IMG/VR virus record: IMGVR_UViG_3300032030_000052
From: an uncultured virus (IMG/VR IMGVR_UViG_3300032030_000052)
Lineage: Duplodnaviria > Heunggongvirae > Uroviricota > Caudoviricetes
DNA: 21,155 bases
Reading direction: 5' to 3' (one strand)
Positions within the stretch are counted from its first letter, which is position 1; every line of letters begins with the position of its first letter. The position numbers and the translations under genes are program-made. The notes under the pieces were generated by a model. That model saw only the letters and a program-made list of their open reading frames with translations. It had not been told where the DNA came from and made no database searches. Below, piece after piece: positions 12,778 to 21,155 of this stretch.

Positions 12778-13449
12778 TCAAGGTTCTTCCGAGTCTTCAA
12801 ACTCAATTGCAAAGTAACCGTCCGACAGATACTTCGTACCTGCAATATCGATCGCCTTCATCGCCGCGTCCTGTGTAGAATAAGGCATGAAACCCGATTT
12901 CATAGTGTACGAAACAACGTTAGCATCAGAATTTGTGAGCATCGGGACAACCATTGCATGCGTGTCATAACGGTTCGTAATGTCAATCTTATTGAACGGC
13001 TCGATGTCACCCCATGCGATACACTGAAGATCTTGTTTGAATCCTCTAGTGGTTGCTGACGGATAACCGCTAGATATCTGATAGCTGATAAACGCTATAC
13101 GGTTATCGTTTGTTTTTACGATTCGTATCGGCATTCCATGGTTGCTATCATAAGCATGCGTGTAGATCACAGCGCCATTGTCGCAAACATAACAATATGG
13201 GAAATATCCGTAATAACTGGAATCTCCTATCTTAGATTGGACATAACTTTCATTCGAGGCATAAGTCCGCCATCGAAAGTTTTTATCGTTCGTATACCTC
13301 TCACATTCAAAAAGTCTATGCCCATTGCTGTCGGTTATAGATAAAACGCCAGATTCGACACTGATAGTACAATCACTGAGAATCGGACACTCTTCGAGAG
13401 CTGTTTTTAGGTTGTCAATAACGCTGTTCACATAAAATCTTTTAAGCAT
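12778..13449 (-). CDS. Hypothetical tail-region protein (223 aa), paralogue of 11882..12553
   Basis: Full-length motif sharing with 11882..12553; RBS AAGGAGGG. Confidence 0.85.
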   Translation of the reverse strand: MLKRFYVNSVIDNLKTALEECPILSDCTISVESGVLSITDSNGHRLFECERYTNDKNFRWRTYASNESYVQSKIGDSSYYGYFPYCYVCDNGAVIYTHAYDSNHGMPIRIVKTNDNRIAFISYQISSGYPSATTRGFKQDLQCIAWGDIEPFNKIDITNRYDTHAMVVPMLTNSDANVVSYTMKSGFMPYSTQDAAMKAIDIAGTKYLSDGYFAIEFEDSEEP

Positions 13450-13461
13450 TCGATTCCCTCC

Positions 13462-14046
13462 TTACCAGTATTTGTAACGTTTTATCGTTACCGTAGCAGA
13501 TGTTACATCATCTAACGTAAGACTTGGCAAGCTACTACTTCGTCTAAAACCGAATCGAACATATGCAATGTCTGTCGGGATATTCGATACGATTGTTCCG
13601 GCTTTCCAACTCCATGGCTTGTAGGATGAACCACTTGTTGAAACCGCAGTACTGCTCTTCGATGACAAGAATGATTTACTTGCGTTGTAACAATAGAAGA
13701 ACCACTCTAGTGCAGCCGTCTGAGTGCTCACATAGATCTTCGCTTCGATGTTGATGTCAGGGCTTGTGATCGGAATATAATCAGTTGTACCGAGTTTGTT
13801 AATATCCTTCGGAGTAACAGATCCGGAACTGTCTGAAAAATCAGCTCGAACTAATCCATAATCAAATAGATCATACTCAACACCTTCAGTCGTATCATCG
13901 ATAGCTGGACCCATGGTGTAACGCTGGATTTCTTCTCCGCCTCTGTCTTGCGCTACTAAAGATAATGCATCTCGCACCGCACCTTTTACTGACTCACCGT
14001 ACTGATTGCTTCGGATGATCGCGAGCTGTTCAGAAATATCGGTCAT
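13462..14046 (-). CDS. Anchor module plus beta-rich (CBM-like) domain protein (194 aa)
   Basis: N-terminal DISEQLAIIRSNQYGESVKGAVRDALSLV; C-terminal TTDYIPI...FYCYNASKSFLS...PTDIAYVRFGF resembles the CBM-like module in 7671..9287. Confidence 0.8.
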   Translation of the reverse strand: MTDISEQLAIIRSNQYGESVKGAVRDALSLVAQDRGGEEIQRYTMGPAIDDTTEGVEYDLFDYGLVRADFSDSSGSVTPKDINKLGTTDYIPITSPDINIEAKIYVSTQTAALEWFFYCYNASKSFLSSKSSTAVSTSGSSYKPWSWKAGTIVSNIPTDIAYVRFGFRRSSSLPSLTLDDVTSATVTIKRYKYW

Positions 14047-14055
14047 GACGTCACC

Positions 14056-15096
14056 TCACGTTTCGATCATGAACGGACCTTCGATATAGAACGTCCGAGT
14101 TCCGAATTCGACAGTGCCTTCTCCAACATTTGTTAGCGCCACATAAGCCGAACGAGAGTAATCGTCAGAGCCCTCGCCTACAATTGGACCGAGTACAAGC
14201 GTATCCGTCTGATAATTCGGATTCTGATTCATCGTTGACGGGTAATTCGTCGTGCTCTCTACTGAGAATGACCGTATTTCACTTCTCGGATCAACAAAAT
14301 GAGGCATCTGAAGATAGCCACAATGGAACGAGACCATTAGTTTACCCTGAGATGATTGTACGAATGCCATATAAGCGTTTTCAATTGAACCCATTCTCAC
14401 AAGAATTGTTCTTTTTCCGACATATACGGATCTCGGGGTAATGATCGGAACTGACACCGCATCTGGTTCGGCAGGAATCTGATATGGATAACTCACGGCT
14501 TTCGTAATCTCAGACGGTGATGCTGTCGTATAGCAGTAAACCGAAATCTGATACCACCATTGTAAATTCGTACCGGTTCCGGAATATACGGCTGAAATCG
14601 TTACGAACGGAGTCTCATCGGATTCGAAATAGTAAAGCCGAAGCTCTCTTTCAGTCTCGCTGACCTCCTCATATTCGACCTTTCCGAAGATCGGAGACTC
14701 GCCGAATATTTCGCTCATAGATTGCAGCGGATCAGATTGATCGAGAGAATGGACATTGTCCGCATACGGAGTTCCACTGATCGGGGTTACGTTCACCTCT
14801 GTCGGGGTCAAACCAGCAGCGACATAATTCGTGCTTCCGATACTCTTGGACAACTTATAAAGTGCAGAATAGATCGCATCCTTTACGTCGGCACCCTTCG
14901 GCTCATTTTGAATTATTTGGAGTTCTGCTGATATGTCAGTAGTTCCAAAATCAATCGGAAATCCTTCGGCTGCTTCTTCAGCAAGCTCAAGTTCTGCACC
15001 GCTAAGTTTCGACAGTGCATCGTGAATCGGCATTCGAATGTCAACGCCATATCGATTCGCTTTGATCTCTTGAAGTTCTTTACTGATGTTTTCCAA
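14056..15096 (-). CDS. Minor tail/baseplate appendage protein with two anchor modules (~346 aa)
   Basis: Two copies of the anchor motif in the first ~90 aa, then a beta-rich domain. SD GAGGTG favours a TTG start at 15096 (the ORF track starts at GTG 15105). Confidence 0.8.
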   Translation of the reverse strand: MENISKELQEIKANRYGVDIRMPIHDALSKLSGAELELAEEAAEGFPIDFGTTDISAELQIIQNEPKGADVKDAIYSALYKLSKSIGSTNYVAAGLTPTEVNVTPISGTPYADNVHSLDQSDPLQSMSEIFGESPIFGKVEYEEVSETERELRLYYFESDETPFVTISAVYSGTGTNLQWWYQISVYCYTTASPSEITKAVSYPYQIPAEPDAVSVPIITPRSVYVGKRTILVRMGSIENAYMAFVQSSQGKLMVSFHCGYLQMPHFVDPRSEIRSFSVESTTNYPSTMNQNPNYQTDTLVLGPIVGEGSDDYSRSAYVALTNVGEGTVEFGTRTFYIEGPFMIET

Positions 15097-15106
15097 TGCA
15101 ATCACC

Positions 15107-17548
15107 TCACTTTTTAATCCACGAGCTTGTTTTCGATATCGTCTGAGTTCCCTGATAGCCTATAGAATACTGCTGATCAGAAGGATCGTTTAGCGGTATG
15201 TCTCTCTCGCTAAGGGGAAGTGTTGCGTCAACCATATGTGGTTTCGAATAAATACGAATCGGATCGAGAATGTCCGGACTGTCGACATTAGAATCGAGCA
15301 GTGAGAGATCAACTGCCGTTACATTTATTTCGAACGATTCGAGTTTGGATTCGAAGAGGGATTTCGCTCCGAGGAGCTTAAGAGACTCCGGATCAAGGCA
15401 GTTCTCGAAATTCACTATCTTCTCGATACGTCCATACTTAGCAACAGCAATCGGATCTTCGACCATATACGAATTAACCACATATGCTCTATGATCCATT
15501 TGATTCACAAACGTCTCACCATTCCAGACATATACATTACATGTCTCAAGATCGACATAATAAATGCTCGAGCTTCCTGTCTGCTCGAATATTTCATCCT
15601 TATTTTGAAAATATTGAGCAGTTTTTCCTTCTTCTGGTTCGGGGTAGACAAAATATTTATCGGTGCTATACGGATTAGCACCGGGGGTATTCTGTTTGAC
15701 TGGTTTCGCAGTCATCAAGACGGTTTGATTCGTTTTCTGACCGTTTTCTTTTTCCACCTCGACCTGTGTCGTAAAGTTCTGATGAACTCCACTAGCGAGA
15801 CCCCACAATGTGATATATTCTTCATACGGGGTTATACGAGTCGCATAGAGATTCAACTCCATAGTGGCTCTTGTAGGGGGATTCCAATCATCTCCATCTC
15901 GCCATGTATGTCTTCCTGAGACATTGAGATGTATCTGAAGGGGTTTCAGATTCTCTTCAGTCGGGGTGGGAACCGTGAACTGGGAGAGTTCATATTTTGT
16001 TCCGCCTTTCGATGCGGAAGAACTGCTGAGGATTGTTGCTGTACTTGTTCGAATCGTGCCAGTTGCAAATATTCGAAGAATCGAGTCTTCGTATCCATTT
16101 GCAGTTTGATAAAGCTTATCATCTGAAAACACATTCAATTCGTCAACCGGTGATACGTAATAACCGCAATCTTGCGAGTTCCAGTATCCGGTAGCGATAT
16201 ATGACGATTCCGGTACAAACTTGATCTGGGTATCTGGGTCTTTAACAAGTCGTATGCCGAATCCGGTTGCTAATCCCCTGCTACTTGCAGTCCAATTGCT
16301 AGACCATAAATGACCCGGATCATCACCGCCGACGTAGCCATGATGTCTGATAACGTCGTTATTCATGAACTCTTCATCAGTTGCATCTCGGGATGCCGCA
16401 AGATTCTGATAACCGCCTTGGTTATTATTCAGCGTCGGATTCCATACATACCATCCATCGCCAATGTGATAAACATGAGAAATGTCGTTATCGATTGGGT
16501 TCTTAGTCGGATCACCATCGACATACAGATCATTCACCGACGTCGGATCGTGAAGTGGGTAATGGTTAGAATCCCACGTCGAATAGGTTCCAGACAATGT
16601 TTTCGGGTTATATGGCTGATTGTTTTTGTCCAATTGCCAATAAAGACACATCGGAGCAATGTCGATCTCATCGCCGATAACCGTTGCTCCTTTTGAATTT
16701 ATCCTCTTTCCTGTAAGGAACAGTGCGTTAACGATGTTGACTCCATCACGTTTTTTAGTAAAATCGAGAAGATTCTGACCGAATGAAATATACGATACCG
16801 GTACTTCAGGTTTTCCAGTTTCGTCTTTCTTATCCATATCCTCGATCCAGTCAAGAATCGGAATTGCCATCTGGACTTCCGGATTCGTAGGTTGTTTGTA
16901 TCGGATTCGAAAATGACCGCCGAATGTATCACGGAGACTAGTAAGTACATCGAGTGTACTTGTGTAGGTATCGACCGTGAAATGCTCAATGGTCTTCTCG
17001 CTTCCATCTTTCGACTTTGTGCTAAATATGTCGTCTTTCATTGTGACGATCATATCATCGGGATCTGTAGAGAAAATGAGTCCTTGCTCAACGCCACCTC
17101 TGGTTATAGCGAGATTGTGCTCACCAATGACCTCGATTAGTGCTTCTTTTGGTGTGCGGTATCGACTCTCGCCATCATTCCAAGAAAGATTCTTTCCGGG
17201 CATGATGACAGTATCGTTAAAGAAAGAGAATGCCCCCTCACAATACAGTGAAGGGGTATTATAGAAATCTTCTTCAATTGACAGGACTCGTCCATAAAAC
17301 AGTATCTTCTTATCAAGAGCGTTGATGTCCTTATGCTCTACAACCATTACTTTGGTAGCCATTCGTTCAAGAACCGAATCCGGAATTCCCGGACTGTTCG
17401 GGTTAAGCGAGCACTCAAACGTACCTGCGCTATCTGCTGCTAAGTGGAGTTTCGGATTCATAAGCGCCAGAGTCGAATCTGGAGACATGGTGTTATATAC
17501 GCATGTTTTTATACCGCCCGTTTTCTTGAAGAACACGCTGTATCGCAT
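15107..17548 (-). CDS. Tail endopeptidase/Tal-like baseplate hub protein (813 aa) with large insertion
   Basis: Follows the distal tail gene; motifs NPKLHL..DSAGTF, FYGRVL, YCEGAFSFFND, FGGHFRIR, ISFGQNLLDF, AVAKYGRIEK, VTAVDLSLL, IRIYSKPH. Confidence 0.85.
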   Translation of the reverse strand: MRYSVFFKKTGGIKTCVYNTMSPDSTLALMNPKLHLAADSAGTFECSLNPNSPGIPDSVLERMATKVMVVEHKDINALDKKILFYGRVLSIEEDFYNTPSLYCEGAFSFFNDTVIMPGKNLSWNDGESRYRTPKEALIEVIGEHNLAITRGGVEQGLIFSTDPDDMIVTMKDDIFSTKSKDGSEKTIEHFTVDTYTSTLDVLTSLRDTFGGHFRIRYKQPTNPEVQMAIPILDWIEDMDKKDETGKPEVPVSYISFGQNLLDFTKKRDGVNIVNALFLTGKRINSKGATVIGDEIDIAPMCLYWQLDKNNQPYNPKTLSGTYSTWDSNHYPLHDPTSVNDLYVDGDPTKNPIDNDISHVYHIGDGWYVWNPTLNNNQGGYQNLAASRDATDEEFMNNDVIRHHGYVGGDDPGHLWSSNWTASSRGLATGFGIRLVKDPDTQIKFVPESSYIATGYWNSQDCGYYVSPVDELNVFSDDKLYQTANGYEDSILRIFATGTIRTSTATILSSSSASKGGTKYELSQFTVPTPTEENLKPLQIHLNVSGRHTWRDGDDWNPPTRATMELNLYATRITPYEEYITLWGLASGVHQNFTTQVEVEKENGQKTNQTVLMTAKPVKQNTPGANPYSTDKYFVYPEPEEGKTAQYFQNKDEIFEQTGSSSIYYVDLETCNVYVWNGETFVNQMDHRAYVVNSYMVEDPIAVAKYGRIEKIVNFENCLDPESLKLLGAKSLFESKLESFEINVTAVDLSLLDSNVDSPDILDPIRIYSKPHMVDATLPLSERDIPLNDPSDQQYSIGYQGTQTISKTSSWIKK

Positions 17549-17551
17549 AAG

Positions 17552-18466
17552 TCAGAGCCTCCCTTGTCTGAAGTTTATAACCATTTTGATTTCCTGACTA
17601 GAATTATTCACTAATTCTATCGCGGTCCATCTTTCGACTGGAGCGCCTATGGAAATTGACGGATCATGTTTTATGCATTTGTCAACTGCGATTTGTTCAG
17701 ATGCGACAACGTAACTAGAATCGTCATCGGGAATGTTATCCACATTTGTCATCGCGTCAGTCTCGCTAATGAGGCTTGTGTACGTTTTAACAGATATCTT
17801 TTTCTCGGCAACATCTGTAGAAATATCGCCAGTTGCCGTGAGAATGATATCAGGTACGACCGGCATAAGACCGGCTGTGATTTTGTCGAAACAGAGTTTA
17901 CCAACTGTTCCGCTTGGAACAATCTTCTCATATACCTGCTCTCTGTCAACAATGTATCCGTTTATGAAATCAAACGGATTCCACAGCCAGTCCTCGCCAG
18001 ATGTAAACAACATCCTCTTGAACGGTTCAAACTCGTAGTCTATCGTAATAGAACAGAGTGATTTTTCGGATTGGAACTGGTTTACGGACAATCTGCCCTC
18101 ATAAAAATATGAAGGAGAATCAGTAAGTATCACTCTCTTGGTGAAGCCGTGAAGCTCATTCAAGATCGTATCGTACGCCGTATCCCAGTCCCAGCCTTCA
18201 TCAGAGGTATCAACATAAAATTCGAAGCTTCCACTTCTCATATTGTAAAGCGGATAACCGAGTAAAGAATCAGTCAGATCGATTGCACCATTCATACCGG
18301 GAACCTGAATGAGGTTCTTTTGAACTTCTGGAGGATTCACGATTGGAATGTTTTTCGGAACCAGATGCCAATCCTTCCAGCTATCGAGATAGTCTTCGGG
18401 ATTGTATTCGGTGTTTTTTGGATTCCCGATGAGAATCGAATGGACACCGCTGTAGTACATTTGCAT
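17552..18466 (-). CDS. Distal tail protein (Dit-like, 304 aa)
   Basis: Immediately after the tape measure; DSWKDWHL, PPEVQ..IQVPGMNGAIDLTDSL.G.P.Y..RSGSFEF, YEGRLSV, EPFK, WLWNPFDF. Confidence 0.88.
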   Translation of the reverse strand: MQMYYSGVHSILIGNPKNTEYNPEDYLDSWKDWHLVPKNIPIVNPPEVQKNLIQVPGMNGAIDLTDSLLGYPLYNMRSGSFEFYVDTSDEGWDWDTAYDTILNELHGFTKRVILTDSPSYFYEGRLSVNQFQSEKSLCSITIDYEFEPFKRMLFTSGEDWLWNPFDFINGYIVDREQVYEKIVPSGTVGKLCFDKITAGLMPVVPDIILTATGDISTDVAEKKISVKTYTSLISETDAMTNVDNIPDDDSSYVVASEQIAVDKCIKHDPSISIGAPVERWTAIELVNNSSQEIKMVINFRQGRL

Positions 18467-18467
18467 C

Positions 18468-21155
18468 TTAATTCCCCCTTCCGCTTCTTATCGCCCGCTG
18501 ACCGAGAGCGTTATCCATCGGACCAGCCATCTGACCGACCAGTGCACCTGTATCCATAACGACCTGCATCTCAGAGATAGCTTCTTCCATATAGGAAAGG
18601 TCTTCTCTAAGCGCACGAATCTCATTGACCACATCAGAATTGGTCTGATCAAGAGAACTGATATCAGCAGCAAGTCTTCCGGAGAAACCAGAAACGGAAA
18701 TGGTCTGACTCTGAAGCATGGAGTTGATAGAACTAGCACCTGCTCGGATAGATGAACCATCAAAGACAGGGCGAATACTCGGATCATACACCAGCTCTCC
18801 GGTTGTGATCTTGGAGAGATAATCAATCGGATTACCGAACGATACGAGAATCGCATTGGACATGTCACCAACAGCGGACTCGACGTTCTGGGTGTTTTGT
18901 TCGATACCATTTACAAGACCCTGAACGATATACGCTCCATTTTGATAATAGAGCTTAGAAGGTGAATTGATCTTGTTCTCTTCTTCAAAAGCTCTGTTTC
19001 CAGCTTTGGCAAGACGAACAGCAGCCGCGGCGTATTCATCCTTTTTATCATCCATAGCAGAAATCATGCCTTCTACGACATACTCTACGGATTTACCGGC
19101 GTTAGCTTTACCAGAACGAATCTGAAGCTGGAACGGATCGTTGAAGTTCTCTTGAACAACTTTCTTGGTATCTTCTTTACTATCAACAATCGCCTGTTGT
19201 GCGCTACCGGTTGTCTCAGCGGAAGCATCGTAGATCTCGTCTTTGCCGTCGATGATTCCCTCAGCTTCAGTGGTTGTGTAAGTAGTGCCGGAATCATAAG
19301 CTATGTCTGGATTGATAAGACCGCTGCCGTCATACTCTGCGTCCCCTCCGAACTGTTTCATCATTTCTTCAGGATTCACCATATCGAGAGGATTATCACC
19401 GGTTGAAGCGGCTTTGCTTTGAGCCTGTTTAGAACGGAGTATCGCATCGTAAGCGTATCCAGGAAGATCAGAATATTCCTCTTTGAGAGATTGGAGTTCT
19501 GATTTCTGTTCTTTGGAACCGCTCTTTACCATATCAAAAAGACCGCCCAAAGCACTTGATGATCTGTCAGCGGCATCTTCTGTTGCGCCACTTGCTTCTT
19601 GGATAGATTCGATGTAGTCTTTTTTCGCTTTGTCCGCTTCAAGTGCCAGCTGGCGCTGTTCCATAACAGCCATATTCAAACCGTCTGATCCACTCTGGAC
19701 AAAATCCATTACCTTGTTAGCGATTCTCTCGCTAAACGGAGCTATTAGCATATACACAAGCTGGCCAAGTATCTGCCAAACAACGTCTATTAAAGACATT
19801 ACAACATTCCATATTGCGGCAGCTATGCTTGCACTATTTGCTCTAATGGCATCCGCAAGTCCATTGATAAGGTTGATTACAAACTCTAAAAGTCCCATTG
19901 CCACATCACCAGCAATAGAACCTAAGAACGCAAGAAGCTTAATGATAAGCTTACCGACGGTGCTAAGAATCTCAGGAGATGCTTTCATAATAGCGCCGCA
20001 AAGAGCTACAATCATGGCTGCAATTGTGGCTTTACCCTTTGTGGAGAGATTGTTAACCCAGTCAGAGAATTTGCTAGTACCTTTATCGAGTGTCACTCCA
20101 GTTTTATGGAACACCGAAGAAATCGTATAAGCGATGGCTTTGATGGTTTTCTCAAGCTGGACTATTGCGATGACCGAGCCAGCGATGATGGCAATCACGA
20201 TAATACCAACAGCTATGGCAGCGCCGATATGATTCTCAAGTGTGATGAATAGAGCATCAAGTCCTACCGCAAGAAGTCCGACTGCCGGAGCAAGGATTTT
20301 GATTCCTGCGGCGACAAGGATAATACCAGCTCCAACGAGCGCAGCACCTGCACCCGCGTAGAGGAAGGCTTTACCAATCGCCTCAAATGCCAGAGATGCC
20401 ATTGGACCTATAGCAGCTGCTATCAATCCGAGAGCACCAACCATCGCAATAAATCCACCCATTACAACCAGGGCACCAACAACACCCGGTCCATTTAAGA
20501 CCGATGCCATTTTCTCGATAGCGAACGAGAGAATAAGTAAAGCAGCGGATACCATTATAAACGCAGCACCGATCTCGATAAACGGGGTTCCAGACATGTC
20601 CTTTTTAGAACCAAACGCTGCAAATGCAAGCATTGCAATCGAAAGAGCCGCAAACACGATACCTAGAGCTAATGCAGATTTGATAATATTTTTGGTATCT
20701 CCGATTTTAGATAATGTGGAGCCGATGACCGCTATCACAACAGCCATCGCCAGCACTCCTCCGATCACCAGTTTAGGCGTGTTACCAAAAACACTAAGTG
20801 ATGTTCCGGCAAGCATCATTGCAGCGCCTAGACCGACAAGAGCGATTGCAACCGCCATTGCTGCTTCTATTGTCTTTTCGGAACCGAATAGTGAAAGCAT
20901 CGCGATGGCGCCAGTGAGAACAGAGATTGCAAATGCAATACCAGTAAACATAACTGCTGAAGCTAGCATCTTTTTGGGATCTACTGCATTTGTCATATAC
21001 ATTAGAATTACTAGACTACTGAGTATACTTCCAAGTATAAGAAGAGCATTGCCAACATCATCTCCGCCAATATGTGTTATCAGACTTAGACCAGCGGCTA
21101 TGATAGCCACAGCAGTTCCCATAGAAATCATGGCTGCGGACATGGCTAGCAATGT
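18468..21155 (-). CDS. Tape measure protein (C-terminal part; 5' end outside the window)
   Basis: Long Ala/Gly/Ile/Leu-rich amphipathic repeats, KINSPSK motif, C-terminal MQVVMDTGALVG...MDNALG, upstream of Dit. Confidence 0.92.
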   Translation of the reverse strand, partial: TLLAMSAAMISMGTAVAIIAAGLSLITHIGGDDVGNALLILGSILSSLVILMYMTNAVDPKKMLASAVMFTGIAFAISVLTGAIAMLSLFGSEKTIEAAMAVAIALVGLGAAMMLAGTSLSVFGNTPKLVIGGVLAMAVVIAVIGSTLSKIGDTKNIIKSALALGIVFAALSIAMLAFAAFGSKKDMSGTPFIEIGAAFIMVSAALLILSFAIEKMASVLNGPGVVGALVVMGGFIAMVGALGLIAAAIGPMASLAFEAIGKAFLYAGAGAALVGAGIILVAAGIKILAPAVGLLAVGLDALFITLENHIGAAIAVGIIVIAIIAGSVIAIVQLEKTIKAIAYTISSVFHKTGVTLDKGTSKFSDWVNNLSTKGKATIAAMIVALCGAIMKASPEILSTVGKLIIKLLAFLGSIAGDVAMGLLEFVINLINGLADAIRANSASIAAAIWNVVMSLIDVVWQILGQLVYMLIAPFSERIANKVMDFVQSGSDGLNMAVMEQRQLALEADKAKKDYIESIQEASGATEDAADRSSSALGGLFDMVKSGSKEQKSELQSLKEEYSDLPGYAYDAILRSKQAQSKAASTGDNPLDMVNPEEMMKQFGGDAEYDGSGLINPDIAYDSGTTYTTTEAEGIIDGKDEIYDASAETTGSAQQAIVDSKEDTKKVVQENFNDPFQLQIRSGKANAGKSVEYVVEGMISAMDDKKDEYAAAAVRLAKAGNRAFEEENKINSPSKLYYQNGAYIVQGLVNGIEQNTQNVESAVGDMSNAILVSFGNPIDYLSKITTGELVYDPSIRPVFDGSSIRAGASSINSMLQSQTISVSGFSGRLAADISSLDQTNSDVVNEIRALREDLSYMEEAISEMQVVMDTGALVGQMAGPMDNALGQRAIRSGRGN

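Larger units (their letters stand above)
1..21155 (-). mobile_element. Temperate siphovirus-like phage genome segment (tail, lysis, accessory, integration and early modules)
   Basis: Co-oriented gene order tape measure - distal tail - tail endopeptidase - holin - endolysin, plus a tyrosine integrase with att-like repeats. No host housekeeping genes are recognisable anywhere in the window. Confidence 0.95.

Overview
The whole window is part of a temperate long-tailed (siphovirus-type) phage genome, most likely of a Bacillota/Clostridia host (strong AAAGGAGGTG ribosome-binding sites, CHAP endolysin, family-4 holin). Almost all genes are on the minus strand. Reading right to left: the 3' part of the tape-measure gene, distal tail protein, tail endopeptidase/Tal-like hub, five modular tail-appendage paralogues, holin and endolysin, three adhesin/receptor-binding-like genes, a ~245-nt structured non-coding element, a six-gene cluster of unknown function (papain-like Cys-His-Asp enzyme, Gln/Asn-rich proteins, Gly/Cys-rich proteins), an apparently intact attP-like region, a plus-strand tyrosine integrase with a consensus sigma-A promoter, a divergent excisionase-like gene, and an early region of small genes. 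Two systems stand out. (1) The early region is built from tandem self-contained cassettes, each headed by a strictly spaced 24-nt motif (CRCR-N14-YRTWAT-R, six copies) that abuts the Shine-Dalgarno, forms a co-varying anti-SD hairpin, and looks like a promoter for a non-host-type polymerase. (2) The ncRNA-led six-gene cluster between the tail/lysis genes and attP may encode a cross-linked protein assembly. All calls come from reading the sequence by eye; no searches or folding programs were run.
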